A stretch of 64,000 bases of DNA from an uncultured delta proteobacterium (GCA_963733195.1 CAVTCR010000022.1:1-64000); one strand, 5' to 3'; counted from the first letter of the stretch, positions 32,541-44,756 are shown. The notes: generated by a model not told the origin, from the sequence alone. A program made the numbers and translations.

Positions 32541-33914
32541 ATGCGCTACGAGATTTTTATGTTGCGAGTCGCCTCCCACTTGTTCGTTATCGTGACGGTT
32601 TTCTTATGGGCCTGTGGCAGCGCCAATCTTCCTGCCCCGCCGCAGACAGTGACGTTGAATGCAGAACCTGCTGATAGTGTTCCTGCCGCGGTTGACCAAG
32701 CAGGAGGGAGTGCACGATCATTTGCTGAACATATTGAGCAAACATTTTTCCCGTATCGCCAAGGACAACCCCGCATTCCCGGCATAGAGAACGGGACAGC
32801 CATCACTCAAGAGAACTGGCAAGTGGCAGAGACCGTATTGTCTCAACAACTGCTTGACGCGGTTCGTGCTGGGGAATTGACGCTGATCGTTCAGGCCACT
32901 AGCGACTTGCCTGCGACTCCGGAGTACGTGGCAGCGACGCGTGAATCTGCGACGACGATTGCACTCGATGCTACCGGTGAGGTGAAGCAATATCATGCCG
33001 GTCGTCCATTCCCTCTATTGGACCCTACGGACTCCCAAGCCGGACTGAAGGCAGCGTGGAATGCGCGTTATGCTGACAGTGGCGATAGTGTACAGCGCTT
33101 AGAATCACTCGAAGTGAGAAATAGTGCAGGGGCCTATCAATATGGGTTTTCTTTTTCTTTTGCGCGCGCCTATGGCATGCATCGAGCCAAGCGTGAGCGC
33201 AATATCCCGGCGTGGGAGGCTGAAGGGATTCTCTACAAAGAGTTTATGCAGGTGCATCATCCTGCTCCAGCGATTACCATTCACCCGTTATTAGGACTCG
33301 TGCATCTGTGGTATTGGCACGATCACGAAAAGCGACCAGTCAATCAGTGGTACATCATGGGATTCTTATCCATCAATCGCTTGCGCACCTTAGTGTACGA
33401 TCCTCAGGCTTCTGCCTGGCGGTTTCCGATTTTGCATGAGGATCTCTTCGGGACCTATACCCACACGTATCAATGGCGGTTGCTTGATACGCGTGTCGCC
33501 TTAGTCCCAGGCTTTGTGCAGGGGGCACAGCCGCTGTTCGGCGGGCAACGGGGTGGGTATCCACTTGATCCTTGGGAGCTGCGCTCGGTCCATGTTGTAG
33601 AAGCTGTCCCCCGGAGTTCCAACCATCCCTACGGACGGAAGGTTTTCTACTTTGACCAACAAACTTTTGCGCCGCTCTATGTGTTGATCTTCGACCGTCA
33701 GGGCAAACACTGGCGTACTGGGTTTTGGATTTATGCTAATCCCAGCACGTACCCAGGGGCGAAAGACGTACGAGTACCGATTTTGGTTGGCCGCTCGTGG
33801 ATCGATTTTCTCCAGGACCATGTCACTTTGTCCCGCGTAACCGATGCGGTCTACAACCAACCGATACCGCCAGAGCACTTTTCTCAGGCGAATATGATTC
33901 GCAAAGGAAAGTGA
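32541..33914 (+). CDS. DUF1329 family lipoprotein
   Basis: Lipobox LWA-C; ITQENW, GRPFP, WELR.V.VVEA and HPYGRKVFYFDQQ. Confidence 0.8.
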   Translation: MRYEIFMLRVASHLFVIVTVFLWACGSANLPAPPQTVTLNAEPADSVPAAVDQAGGSARSFAEHIEQTFFPYRQGQPRIPGIENGTAITQENWQVAETVLSQQLLDAVRAGELTLIVQATSDLPATPEYVAATRESATTIALDATGEVKQYHAGRPFPLLDPTDSQAGLKAAWNARYADSGDSVQRLESLEVRNSAGAYQYGFSFSFARAYGMHRAKRERNIPAWEAEGILYKEFMQVHHPAPAITIHPLLGLVHLWYWHDHEKRPVNQWYIMGFLSINRLRTLVYDPQASAWRFPILHEDLFGTYTHTYQWRLLDTRVALVPGFVQGAQPLFGGQRGGYPLDPWELRSVHVVEAVPRSSNHPYGRKVFYFDQQTFAPLYVLIFDRQGKHWRTGFWIYANPSTYPGAKDVRVPILVGRSWIDFLQDHVTLSRVTDAVYNQPIPPEHFSQANMIRKGK

Positions 33915-34150
33915 AAACTGGGAGTTGGGTGTTGAGGGCTAGGAGTGGGGAGTGAATGAATAGTGAAGAACTCATGGCTCATCTCTACGGATCTTTGTAT
34001 TTCACGCAACATACAATACGCATCACGTTTCCGCTCTCCTCTTTGTTGACCTTCCCGTTCCAACACGCTAGTACAGCGATATTCCAAACTGGTGGAAAAA
34101 TTTACCCACGTCCGAACGAGAACGTTCGGCAGTATGAGGAGGAACGGCGC

Positions 34151-35380
34151 ATGGCCGCACCCGTATATATTTTAGGGGGACATCAAACTGACTTTGCGCG
34201 CAACTGGCTCAAAGAGGGCAAAGATGTCGTCGCGATGATGAAAGAAGCAGTGATGGAGGGGCTGACCTCGACACAGATCGAGGCGAAAGAAGTTGAGGTC
34301 GCGCATGTTGGCAATTTCGCGGCTGAACTCTATTGCAAGCAGGGACACCTCGGTGGGTTCCTCGGAGAAATCGATCCCGCGCTCTCCGGTATCCCGACCT
34401 CACGTCACGAAGCCGCCTGTGCATCTGGCAGCGTCTCCATGATGATGGCGGCTGCCGAGATTGAAGCTGGCCGCTATAACGTTGCACTTGTGATCGGTGT
34501 TGAGCAAATGAAAACTGTAGATCCTGCCACCGGTGGTGATTTTCTTGGCACTGCAGGATGGTACGAGTACGAGGCCAAAGGTATCGAATTCCCGTTTCCA
34601 AAATTGTTTGGTCGTTTGGGGGATGAGTATGAGAAGCGGTTTGGGATCAAAGAAGAGCATCTGACGCGTATTGCTGAGATCAACTTCTCCAATGCTCGCC
34701 GTAACCCGCAAGCGCAAACGCGTGGATGGTTCACTAACGAGACGCAGAATCTCACTACCGGTAAGTATGCCAACCCGGTGGCAGGTCGGTTGAAAGTGCG
34801 TGATTGCTCGCAAGTCACTGACGGTGCTGCATCACTATTCCTTGCCTCTGAGTCATTTGCTCGTGCCTATGCGGCACGGCGCGGGCTCAAACTCGAACAG
34901 TTGCCACGTATCCTTGGTTGGGGTCATCGGACCGCGCCAATGCGATTTGAGACCAAGGTGGCAGAGAGCAAGAACAGTGCCTATGTGTTACCGCATACAC
35001 GCCAGGCGATTGTTGATTCGTTCCGTCGTGCGGGAATCGCTGATGCCTGGGGAGTGCAGGGAATCGAAACGCACGATTGCTTTACCACATCCGAGTACAT
35101 GGCGATCGATCATTTTGGTTTGACGAAGCCAGGCGAATCGTGGAAAGCGGTAGAAGAAGGCACGATCGAATTTGGCGGCAAGTTACCGATCAATGCCAGT
35201 GGCGGACTCATCGGCTGTGGACATCCAGTTGGAGCAACTGGTACTCGCCAGGCGCTTGATGCGTTCAAACAAGTGACCGGGCAAGCTGGAGAGTACCAGA
35301 TTGAAGATGCCAAGAAGATTGCGACTCTCAATATTGGTGGCTCCGGCACGACGACCGTAGCGATGGTGATTGGGAAGTAG
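34151..35380 (+). CDS. Acetyl-CoA acetyltransferase (SCP2-type thiolase)
   Basis: EAACASG, HDCF and NASGGLIGCGHPVGATG; RBS gaggagg before ATG 34151. Confidence 0.92.
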   Translation: MAAPVYILGGHQTDFARNWLKEGKDVVAMMKEAVMEGLTSTQIEAKEVEVAHVGNFAAELYCKQGHLGGFLGEIDPALSGIPTSRHEAACASGSVSMMMAAAEIEAGRYNVALVIGVEQMKTVDPATGGDFLGTAGWYEYEAKGIEFPFPKLFGRLGDEYEKRFGIKEEHLTRIAEINFSNARRNPQAQTRGWFTNETQNLTTGKYANPVAGRLKVRDCSQVTDGAASLFLASESFARAYAARRGLKLEQLPRILGWGHRTAPMRFETKVAESKNSAYVLPHTRQAIVDSFRRAGIADAWGVQGIETHDCFTTSEYMAIDHFGLTKPGESWKAVEEGTIEFGGKLPINASGGLIGCGHPVGATGTRQALDAFKQVTGQAGEYQIEDAKKIATLNIGGSGTTTVAMVIGK

Positions 35381-35678
35381 AGACGGCATGTTTTGTAGGG
35401 CGTGTTCATTGCTTCCATTCGCCCCATTTACCTAGGGCAGAGGTGTTAATGAGTAAGCTTCCTCGCGTAGCTGATGACTCCTTTTGACTTCCCCTTCGTC
35501 AAGCTCAGGGCACGCTCCAGGGCGAGCGGCTAAAGGGAACATTGTGGAACAATTGCTGCTCATGCTGAGCCTCGCCCGCTAGCGGCGAGAGTGGAATGCA
35601 CGAGTCAACTCCTTATCCTAATACCATTGCCCTAGGAGGAGGCTAGGGAAAGGGTATATACCGATCTATTTTCCTCCA

Positions 35679-36194
35679 TTGTCTTCTTGTCATTGTTGTC
35701 CTGCTAATTTCATAACTTTACCATCTGTCTCTGCCGCTGACTTCGTTCCCACCAAACGGTTAGGAATTTCCCTGTCAACGTTGCAGCAATCTTTAGAGAA
35801 GGTGAATCGCCCAATCGTTTTCGCTCCCCGCCCTGGTAGCACCCAAGGAACACAAGAATCGCGGTTGCCAAATAAAGCTGGGGTTGTTCAAGCAAACGGT
35901 GATCGAGACAATCTGGCGGTTGTAGTACTCTGGATGCCAATTGACCAACAGAAAAAGCGAATCGACCCAGGATCACGTGGTTACTTAGATACACTGGTGC
36001 GCACGTTTATCTCCGAGAATGAGCCAGTCGCACTATGGCTCGAACAGGTGCTTCAGCGTGCCCTCGCCGAGAGTGCAGGGAGTTCGCATCTTGAGTCACA
36101 ATTGTTCGATACCTACCAGCTCAAAGCGATGTATGTTCCATCGATGTCCCCACCGATGTTGTCGCTTACCGTGACTATGAGTGATGATCAGTAG
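35679..36194 (+). CDS. Hypothetical protein (start uncertain)
   Basis: 171-aa ORF with no recognised motif. Confidence 0.55.
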   Translation: MSSCHCCPANFITLPSVSAADFVPTKRLGISLSTLQQSLEKVNRPIVFAPRPGSTQGTQESRLPNKAGVVQANGDRDNLAVVVLWMPIDQQKKRIDPGSRGYLDTLVRTFISENEPVALWLEQVLQRALAESAGSSHLESQLFDTYQLKAMYVPSMSPPMLSLTVTMSDDQ

Positions 36195-36302
36195 AAAGTG
36201 AGAGAAAGAAGTCACAAGGCAAAAAAGTACTGTAGTGGAATAGTGTCTGCAGTGGTAGGCGAGATAGAGATAGGGCGAGAGACAGAGCTGGGGAGAAAAA
36301 GA

Positions 36303-36428
36303 TTACCTTTTAAGCAGACCAATAAGCAGCTTAGCAATGAAGAGATTGAGTTGACCAAGAAACCGTGACGGTGGCTCAGGAGACGAAATAGGTTGTGGGG
36401 TTGCGAGTTGTAATACAGGCTCTGGCAT
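36303..36428 (-). CDS. Putative 41-aa small protein
   Basis: RBS aaggggg then MPEPVLQLATPQPISSPEPPSRFLGQLNLFIAKLLIGLLKR. Confidence 0.4.
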   Translation of the reverse strand: MPEPVLQLATPQPISSPEPPSRFLGQLNLFIAKLLIGLLKR

Positions 36429-36627
36429 GCTTCCCCCTTTCGCGGTGAGTACCCCCGGACTGCATCCCCGGTTATAAATAGTGTGCGCCAAAGCGTGGCG
36501 GCAATGCAAATTGCACATTTCCCGGCATTGCAGGGAACAGGATGACGCGAGCAAAGCCTTTCAGTCCGAGTGAAACCCCTTGCTCAGTGTCTGACAAAAC
36601 GATAAAGGTCAGACAGGAGGTCCTCTC

Positions 36628-36876
36628 GTGCCATCACACCGCTTATCCATCCGCATTAGTCCAGAGCTAGAGCGCCGCATTCGCCAACGCGCCCGCAAAG
36701 CCAGGAGACGCCCATCGACGGTTGTGCGCGATGTGTTAGAGCAACATTTTACTGACCACGAACCTTCTCCGTCGTGTTACGACTTAGCGCATGAGGCTGG
36801 CGTTATCGGATGCGTCGCAGATGCACCTTCCGACCTCAGCACGAACCCGAAATACTTTGAGGGGTTTGGTAGCTAG
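36628..36876 (+). CDS. Ribbon-helix-helix (CopG-like) antitoxin
   Basis: RLSIRISPELERRI and PSDLSTNPKYFEGFG; RBS aggagg; overlaps the toxin start. Confidence 0.85.
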   Translation: MPSHRLSIRISPELERRIRQRARKARRRPSTVVRDVLEQHFTDHEPSPSCYDLAHEAGVIGCVADAPSDLSTNPKYFEGFGS

Positions 36877-37297
36877 TGACGACGGATGTGCTTCTTGATA
36901 CCGGCCCTCTGGTAGCAATCCTATCGCGTAGAGATTCCTTCCACCGTGAGTGTGTCTCACAACTCCGCACGATTGCGCCACCCTTACTAACATGCTGGCC
37001 GGTCGTTACTGAGGCAGCGTGGTTGCTTAGACAACACCCCGTGGCCGTGCAACGACTCCTCTCAAGTTTCACCAAAGGATGGATAAAGCTGCTTTCCTTA
37101 GAGGCGAGTGACGCTGAACCGATAGCGAAAATTCTCAATCGGTATCGGAACTCAACGCCCAACTCGCAGACGCTGCTTTAGTGCATCTGGCCGAGCGAGA
37201 ACGGTTTGATACCGTGTTGACCCTCGACCGTCGCGACTTTTCTGTGTATCGATTCTCGGGTAACAAGAGTTTTCATCTCCTCCCCGAGTCTACGTAA
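36876..37297 (+). CDS. vapC: PIN-domain VapC-like toxin (one frameshift near 37150)
   Basis: LLDTGPLVA and TCWPVVTEA; after the shift, LADAALVHLAER...LTLDRRDFSVYR. Confidence 0.85.
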
Positions 37298-37415
37298 CTT
37301 GCATGCGAACTCTTTGGCGAGGGGGAGATAGGAACGGTGATTATATTTCCACTCCCTCTTCCTCGACCACTTGTGAGAAGCTGAATCCGTCATGTTGTTT
37401 GAGGCATTCCTTGTT

Positions 37416-40400
37416 CTAGGTTAACTCTTCCAGCAGCGCTTTCGCCTCTTGCAAGTCCTTTGTGTCAAACCCTTCGGTGAACCAGTTGTAGACTCGGCTA
37501 GCAGGTCGCGTGGCTTCGATTCTCTTCCCTGTTGCTGCCACAGGCGCGCTAGACTCGTGGCCGCGCGGAGTTCCAGGATTTCGCTTCTTGCCTGCGGGCG
37601 ATCTGTAAGGGCTTTCAGAAATCAGGCTTCGGCTTCTTGACTCCGGGTTTTGGCCTGAATGCAGCCTGAAGCGTAAGCTCGCCCTTGAGCCGATACAGCT
37701 CCGCCTCGTAGAACGCTCCTCCGTGTTGTCCACCCCGGCCAGCGCTTCGGCTACCGCGCGTCAGCCCCTCCTCTGTCTGCCCCGCTTTCCCATACGTCTC
37801 GGCCAGCAGGGCAAGAAATACGGCCGCCACACTCTCTTCCCCTGTAGCCCGGCGGCGGCCAGGCCCTGGCGCAACTGCGCAATCCCCTCCTCTCCCTGTC
37901 CCTGCTCGGCCAGCGCCCAGCCCTCGCAGGATAGTTCCCCACGCCAGCAAGTCTGGAAACCCTTGCTCGGTCGCAGAGCGTGACCACTGCCTCTGCCCGC
38001 TCTTGCATAGCCTGTCCCTCCCGTAAGAACTGATGGACCAAAGCTGCAAAGTCCAGGGCAACAGCCAGGTCGAAGGGATGAGCCAGCTCCCGAGCTAGGG
38101 TGAGCGCGGCATGGCTCCTCTTCCGTGCTTGGTCTGGATAGCCCAGCGACCACAGAGCCCAGGCCGCACAGGATAGGCACCCTACCCCGGGGTCCTCGCC
38201 GTACCGGAAGGCGAGGGAGCCGTGCTGCCGGGAGTCGTAGAGGGCAAGCACTCTGCTCGAAGTGCGGCACGGGCAGCGAACAAACTCTCCCAGATAGGAT
38301 AGAGTTTGTCCCCAGCGTACTATGGGCTTCCAGGAACAGGGCTGGGTCTTGCAGCGCGCTGGGCCAGGCTGAGGCACTGCTCGCCCAACTCAAGCGCCAG
38401 TCTGCAACTCAGCCCGCATGCACATAAAACACGACCACAGCCCACAAGTACCTGGAAGAGCTGTGGGGTCTCCCCCACCTGCTGACACAGCTCGCGGGCC
38501 CGGGTATAGGCTGCTTCCACTTCCGGGGCGGCATAGCCCTTTGGTGGCCATTAAGGCAGACCGAGGGAGAGCTGCAGCGCTAATTCTTGTTGGGTACGTT
38601 CGGGTGTCGGGCAGCTTTGGAGCAGCTCAAGCGCCGTGGTGAAGTGCGCTGATCGCTTCTGCATAGGCCGAGCGCTGGACCGCCTGTTGCCCCGCCAAGT
38701 GCAGGTACTCGACGGCTTTCTGTGTATTGCCACTGCGACTGTAATGATGGGCCAGTTCACTGTAATGGTCGTCCACGATTGTCGCGGTAGAGGTGCTTCC
38801 ATGGCCTGCGCCGTGCGCTCATGTAAGGCTTTGCGCCGCTCTTGAGCACTGTGCCGTAGGCCACCTCCTGGGTCAGGGCATGTTTGAAGCTATACTCGAC
38901 CTCGGGAAACGCGGGTTGTTCGTAGAGAAACTCCTTGCGTTGGAGGGAGGCCAGGAGGCGATAGAGTTCCTCTTCTGACTGGGTGATCACCTGGCGGAGC
39001 AGACTCACAGGGAACTCGCGACCGATCACCGCGAGCTGTTGCAGCAGGGCTTTCTCGTCTGGCATGAGGCGGTCGATCCGGGCGGCGAGCACGCCTTGCA
39101 CGGTGGGGGAGATATGCAACGCAGTCGGGGCTTTTTCTAAGCGGTAGCTCCCACGTTCGCCACTCAGGACTCCTTCTTCGGCGAGAGTCTGCACCACCTC
39201 CTCCATGAAGAAGGGTGTCCCCTCGGTCTTCGCCAAAATGAGCTGCTTGAGACTCTTCAGCCGTGTGTCGTTGCCCAGCAGGAAGGTGAGCAACTCCTCG
39301 GCCTCGTCTTGGCCGAGGGGCGCGAGCCGCAGTTGGGTGTAGTAGGTCTTCTGTCCCCACTCGTGGCGGTATTCGGGACGATAGTTCACCAGCAGCAGGA
39401 CTTGAGTCGAGGCAACACTCTCACTCAGCACGTCAAGGAACTCCTGCGTTTCGCTGTCAATCCAATGTAAGTCCTCAAAGATGAGCATGAGGGGTTGTTG
39501 AAGACTCTCACGGAAGAACAACCGCTTGAGCACTTCAAAGGTGCGCCGACGGCGAATCTGCGGGTCCATCTGTTGTAAGGGTGAGGGCTGTTCCTCAATG
39601 CCGAGCAAGGCAAAGAGATAGGGGACGGTCTCGTCCAAGCTCCGATCTAAGATCAAGACTTGTCCCAGGACTTTGGCTCGCCGTTGCCGGTCATCGTCGT
39701 GCGGCTCAAGCCGGAAATAATGCTTCAGCAGTTCGATCACCGGCAGATAGGGGGAGGCTTTGCCGTGCGAGACCGAATACGCTTCCAGCACCAGGCAACC
39801 ACTCTGGGAGGTCAACTTGAACTCGTGGAACAGCCGCGACTTCCCTAATCCCGGCTCGCCCATCACGCCCACGACCTGGCCGTGCCCGGCCTTGGCTTGG
39901 GTCAAGGCACGCTGCATCTGTTCCAACTCACTCTGCCGCCCGACGAAGCGGGTCAAGCCACGGCGAGCAGCGACCTGGAGCTTTGTTCGGAGCGGTCCTG
40001 CGCCCAGGACTTCGTAGACGTGGAGCGGCTCTTCAACCCCTTTGATCTCCGCCGCGCCTAACGCTTTCAGCTCAAAATAGCCTTCGACTAATTTCTGCGT
40101 GTACGCCGTTATCAGAATCGACCCCGGCGTGGCCATCTGCTCCATGCGGGCCGCCAGATTAGTGGAATGCCCCACCGGCACGTAGTCGGTATGCAGATCA
40201 TCTTTGCGAATCGAGCGCACCACCACTTCGCCGGTATTGACCCCGACGCGCATCACCAACGGAACACCGTGTTTGAGGCGTACCTGATCGCCATAGCGAC
40301 GCATGTCTTCTTGCATGCGCAACGCGGCATACAGTGCGCGCTGGGGATGGTCTTCATGGGCAATCGGCGCCCCGAACAATGCGAAGATGCCATCGCCTAA

Positions 40401-40877
40401 CACTTGGGCCACATACCCCTCATAGCGATGCACCGCCGCCATCATGAGCTGTAAGGCAGGGTCAATAATCGCGCGCGCTTCCTCTGGATCGAGACCTTCA
40501 ATCAGTGCAGTAGAGCCTTTGAGGTCAGCGAAGAGAGCAGTGATGGTCTTTCTTTCCCCATCGGTCTCACCGCGCGCCTCCAACGCCGCCTGTTCGGCAC
40601 GAATGCGCTCGGCCAGGTGGGAAGGCGTGTAGCTGGCGGGGGGAGGCGATGCAGGCGGTGTATTCATCGAAGGTGCAGCCGGTCTTCCATCGCCGTTCCA
40701 AACCAGCATCTTGCCGTCTTTGTCGGCGGCCACTTCAAGCACTTCGATGAGTTCGCTCTTCAGGTCTGCGAGATACTCGTCGTCGAGGGCAAACTGGCGC
40801 TTCAACGCCCCATAAGAAACCCGCCCGCGGCGCTGAAGCATCTCGATGGCTTGCTCCAAGATTTCGTCGAACGTCAT
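37416..40877 (-). pseudogene. Class III cyclase-STAND ATPase-TPR protein, copy 3 (first ~690 aa intact, TPR half frameshifted)
   Basis: MTFDEILEQAIEMLQRRGRVSY, LFADLKGST, AQVLGDG, NLAARME, GEPGLGKS, FEDLHWID; ends [17 protein letters not shown]. Confidence 0.88.
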
Positions 40878-41325
40878 CGCCTGCCCTCTCGTCCTCTGTA
40901 CTCCTTCAACTGGCCCGATTCAAGGCGAACGGGAGGTCAGGCGGCTAGCTGCTGTCGGGAATTCAGAGTCCGTTCTCCGCCATCCTATACGTCGTTCCCA
41001 TTAAGTACTGATCTCACTATGAGGTTCTCTTTACTGTTCAATGCTGTCCTTAGTAGCGCACGTAGTAATTACGTGGCGGGTTCTGTTGCAGGGACTTCGC
41101 TGTGGCTGACACTCGTGGCAGCCCGTGATTCCAGCTGCCGCTGGAATGACGGATGGGAAGGCTCTCTGTTTTTGTTTGAAAGATAGACCGGAATACACGT
41201 AACGGTGCCGGCATGGACGACCACGCCGGGAACGGCCTGTGACCTTATCCCGGTCTACGATTGTGAAAACGAGATGTCTTATCGTTCAAATGACAACCGC
41301 TTTTATTGGCTACTGACTACTTTTC

Positions 41326-42888
41326 TTATCGCGACGGATACACTACCAAACGCCGAAATGGATCGTCACCTTCACTCTTGGAGACAAGGCCGTAGCGTTT
41401 GACCATCTCGTGCTGCATGCGACGGACGCGTGGTCGTTGCGGTGCGAGTTCTATTGGCTGCTGCTGCGTCAGTACCTGTTCGATCGCTTCTTCTACCTCA
41501 GTGAGTGCGGCTCGGTCTTCAGGGAAGGCGTCCGCAAGTTGCTCGCGCAAGAACTTGCTCATCTGCATCATCGTGTCACTGCGCAGCGCGTGTAACGGAA
41601 GACCTTGTTCGACCATGAAACGTAGCTCTTTGGGTTGGCGTTTGACCTGGCCGCGAACGGTCAGCACCATATCTGCCTGTGTGGGATGAGCAACGATGCG
41701 AACCGGAACCTGCAAGTCTTGGATAACCTGTTCAAGTCGTTGTCGATTGATCCCGTATGGGAATATGCGTAAGACTTTGCGACGCTCTGGTGGTGCTTCG
41801 GTATCGGCAGGTGGTGCTGTGCTGATTCGCAGAGAAGGAGCCGCTTGCGTAACCTCTACGTGACCGTCTTCACCCCGGGCGCGCATTTCGACGCGTGCCA
41901 CTCGTCCACGGAGAAACGCATCGACAGCTTCTGTCACGTCGGGGTGAACGGCGAAATGAGCACGGTCGTGAATTTCGATCAGAATATCGAACGTTGGTGG
42001 CGCTTTCCGTTCCAGGACGGTCTTTTGCGTTCCACGCCGTCGCGCTTCCTCATCACCTAGAGTGACTGATTGAATGCCGCCGATCAGGTCGGCCAATGTA
42101 GGATTTTGCACCAGATTTTCTAGCGCACTGCCATGGGCTGTCGCGATCAAGCGTACGCCACGTTCGGCAATGGTACGTGCGGCTAGGGCTTCGGCTTCGG
42201 TACCGATCTCATCCACTACGATCACTTCGGGCATATGATTTTCGACGGCCTCGATCATCACCTTGTGCTGTAGGTCAGGTGAGGATACCTGCATCCGCCG
42301 GGCGCGCCCAATGGCGGGGTGGGGGATGTCACCATCACCAGCGATTTCATTCGAGGTATCGACTACGATTACCCGTTTGTTGCTCTCGTCAGCAAGGATA
42401 CGTGCCACTTCGCGAAGGAGGGTGGTTTTCCCAACTCCTGGTGGACCAAGCAGCAGAATGCTTTTCTTATCTTGGGTGACGATGTCTTTGACAATGTTAA
42501 CTGTGCCGAAAATGGCGCGTCCGATACGACAGGTCAAACCAATAATATCGTCTGTTCTATTGCGTAATGCTGAGATGCGGTGCAAGGTGCGGGGAATTCC
42601 CGCGCGGTTATCGTGGGTAAAAGAACCGACGCGAGTGACAGTGAAATGAATATCTTCGCGACTGACGGGGGTGTCAAACAGATACACTGTCTGCTCACCA
42701 TAGCGCGCTTCTGGTGGACGACCCAAGTCAAGCACGACTTCGATCAACTCTTGGAGTTGCGGTCTGTGCGTCAGGGCTTCGTGCACCGGCAGTGGCAATA
42801 CGTCGAGCAGTAAATCGAGATTATCAACGATCTCCCGTCTTTCTGGAGAAAGCGTGAGATCGACCGCAGTATCCAGCATAGTACTCAT
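41326..42888 (-). CDS. Ycf45/SpoIIIAA-like AAA ATPase with C-terminal R3H domain
   Basis: DLGRPPEAR, GPPGVGKT, VDTSNEIAGDGD, VDEIG and RRMQH (R3H). Confidence 0.9.
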   Translation of the reverse strand: MSTMLDTAVDLTLSPERREIVDNLDLLLDVLPLPVHEALTHRPQLQELIEVVLDLGRPPEARYGEQTVYLFDTPVSREDIHFTVTRVGSFTHDNRAGIPRTLHRISALRNRTDDIIGLTCRIGRAIFGTVNIVKDIVTQDKKSILLLGPPGVGKTTLLREVARILADESNKRVIVVDTSNEIAGDGDIPHPAIGRARRMQVSSPDLQHKVMIEAVENHMPEVIVVDEIGTEAEALAARTIAERGVRLIATAHGSALENLVQNPTLADLIGGIQSVTLGDEEARRRGTQKTVLERKAPPTFDILIEIHDRAHFAVHPDVTEAVDAFLRGRVARVEMRARGEDGHVEVTQAAPSLRISTAPPADTEAPPERRKVLRIFPYGINRQRLEQVIQDLQVPVRIVAHPTQADMVLTVRGQVKRQPKELRFMVEQGLPLHALRSDTMMQMSKFLREQLADAFPEDRAALTEVEEAIEQVLTQQQPIELAPQRPRVRRMQHEMVKRYGLVSKSEGDDPFRRLVVYPSR

Positions 42889-42901
42889 GTAACTCTTTCG
42901 G

Positions 42902-44720
42902 CTATCTGCTTGCCGAAGAAGTGTCAACTGGAACGTTACTGGGAAGGTACATCGCTTCGATGTCGGCACTACGTGTGTTCATCACTTCACGGCGCTTGAC
43001 TTTAAGCGTAGGGGTGAGTTCTCCACGGTCCTGAGAAAACGGCTCAGCCAACAAAGTGAAGTGGTGAATCCGGGCATACAACGGTAGGGCACGATTCACT
43101 TCGTCGATCCGCCGACGAAAGAGGGAACGAAATTCCTTCCGTTGTAAAAGTTCGGGCCATGTGTGGGAGATAGCATGTTTTTGCGCGAGGGTTTCCAATA
43201 AGGCACGATTGGGGACGATGAGTGCGGTCACGTACGGCCGTTTGTCGCCAATCAGGCAGGCCTCCTCGATGAGCGGGTCTTGTTTCAGTTGCCCTTCAAT
43301 CGGCTGCGGCGCAACATTCTCGCCACTGGAAGAGATCAAGAGATCTTTTTTGCGATCGGTAATGGCAATATAACCGTCAGCTATCAATGGTTCCAATGTC
43401 GCCGGTATGGAGCCAGCCTTCTGCGTCAATGACCTGAGCGGTTTCTGCTGGTTTGTTATAGTAGCCACTCATGATATTAGGACCACGCGCGCAGATCTCA
43501 CCATCCTGAGCAATTTTGACTTCAACCTGAGGTAACGGCTGTCCGACCGTACCAAGGCGAGTATGGCCAGGACTATTACATGCGATCACCGGCCCAGCTT
43601 CTGTGAGTCCGTAGCCCTCGTACACGGTGATGCCAACGCCATAAAAGAAACGCGCGATTTCTGCACTCAGCGGTGCGCCACCTGACACCAGGAATCGCGT
43701 CCGCCCACCAAGCAACTCGCGCAGTTTGTGAAACACCAGTCGGTCAGCAAGACGATGGCGAAGTCGTAAAGAGAGCGGTAGCGGCTGTTCGGTCGCGCGC
43801 AATGGGCCAGCGGCTTTACCGGTGTTGATGGCCCAACTCAGAATGTGACGTTTGAGAAAACTGGCATTTTCCCGTTCGCTGAGCAGTCGTCGATAGACCA
43901 GTTCGAGGACACGTGGAACACAACAGAAGAGGGTCGGCTTTACTTCGCCGAGGTCCTTGGTGATTGTTACCGTGCCGCCGCCATAGGCAATACACGCACC
44001 CGTGCGAAGGATGGTGTACAGACCCGCAGTTCGTTCAAAGCCATGCGAGAGCGGGAGGAACGATAACGTGACATCATCCTCAGTAATAGGAAGAATAGCG
44101 GTCGCATCTTGTGTGTTCGCCAGAATGTTGGTGTGGCTCAGCATGACCCCCTTGGGGATTCCAGTAGTGCCAGAGGTGTAAATGATGGTCGCCAAGCCGG
44201 GGTCAGACACTGGTTGTGATGGGCTCGCTTCCTTTTCTCCGCGAGCGATCAGGCCATCCAGGCTCAGACTTGGTAGTTGCCCGAGCCGTGTTTCCTCATT
44301 TGGTCCTTCATCAAGCAGCAACAAATATGACAGAGAAGGAAAATCGCTGGCGATCTTCAACGCTTTTGCCAGCGGTTCACGACCAGAAACTGCCAGGAAC
44401 GTCACGCCAGCATCTTTTACAATGTACGTCAGATCTGGAGTGGGGCTGGTCAGATAGAGGGGGACATCCACGCCACCAAGATAGAGGCAGGCGAGATCGA
44501 TGATTGCCCACTCTGGGCGATTATCGGCCAGAATTGCGAGGCGGTCGCCAGGACGGAAACCGAGAGCAGAGAGGCCTTGGGCGGCGCGGACGATCTTTTC
44601 TCCTAGCATTTGCCACGAGATATTTTCCCAGTGTCCGCGTCGTTTGGTGCGCATGGCCGGTTTCGTGCCATAACGTTCAGCTCGTTGCAGGATCATGGTG
44701 GCCAAGGAGGTTTCACGCAT
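42902..44720 (-). CDS. Long-chain acyl-CoA synthetase (frameshift near 43380)
   Basis: IIYTSGTTGIPKG, EGYGLTE and GWLHTGDIG, then ITDRKKDL and LTPTLKVKR in the second frame. Confidence 0.9.
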
Positions 44721-44756
44721 AGGGTTTCTCCGGCGTGAACAATAAACGACGAAGGC

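Noticed and set aside
33956-34150. N-terminal extension of the thiolase
   Set aside because: Begins in a repeat tract; the strong RBS lies before ATG 34151.
40880-41325. Riboswitch or ncRNA in the long intergenic gap
   Set aside because: Only short hairpins are visible and I recognise no family consensus; an Rfam scan would be needed.
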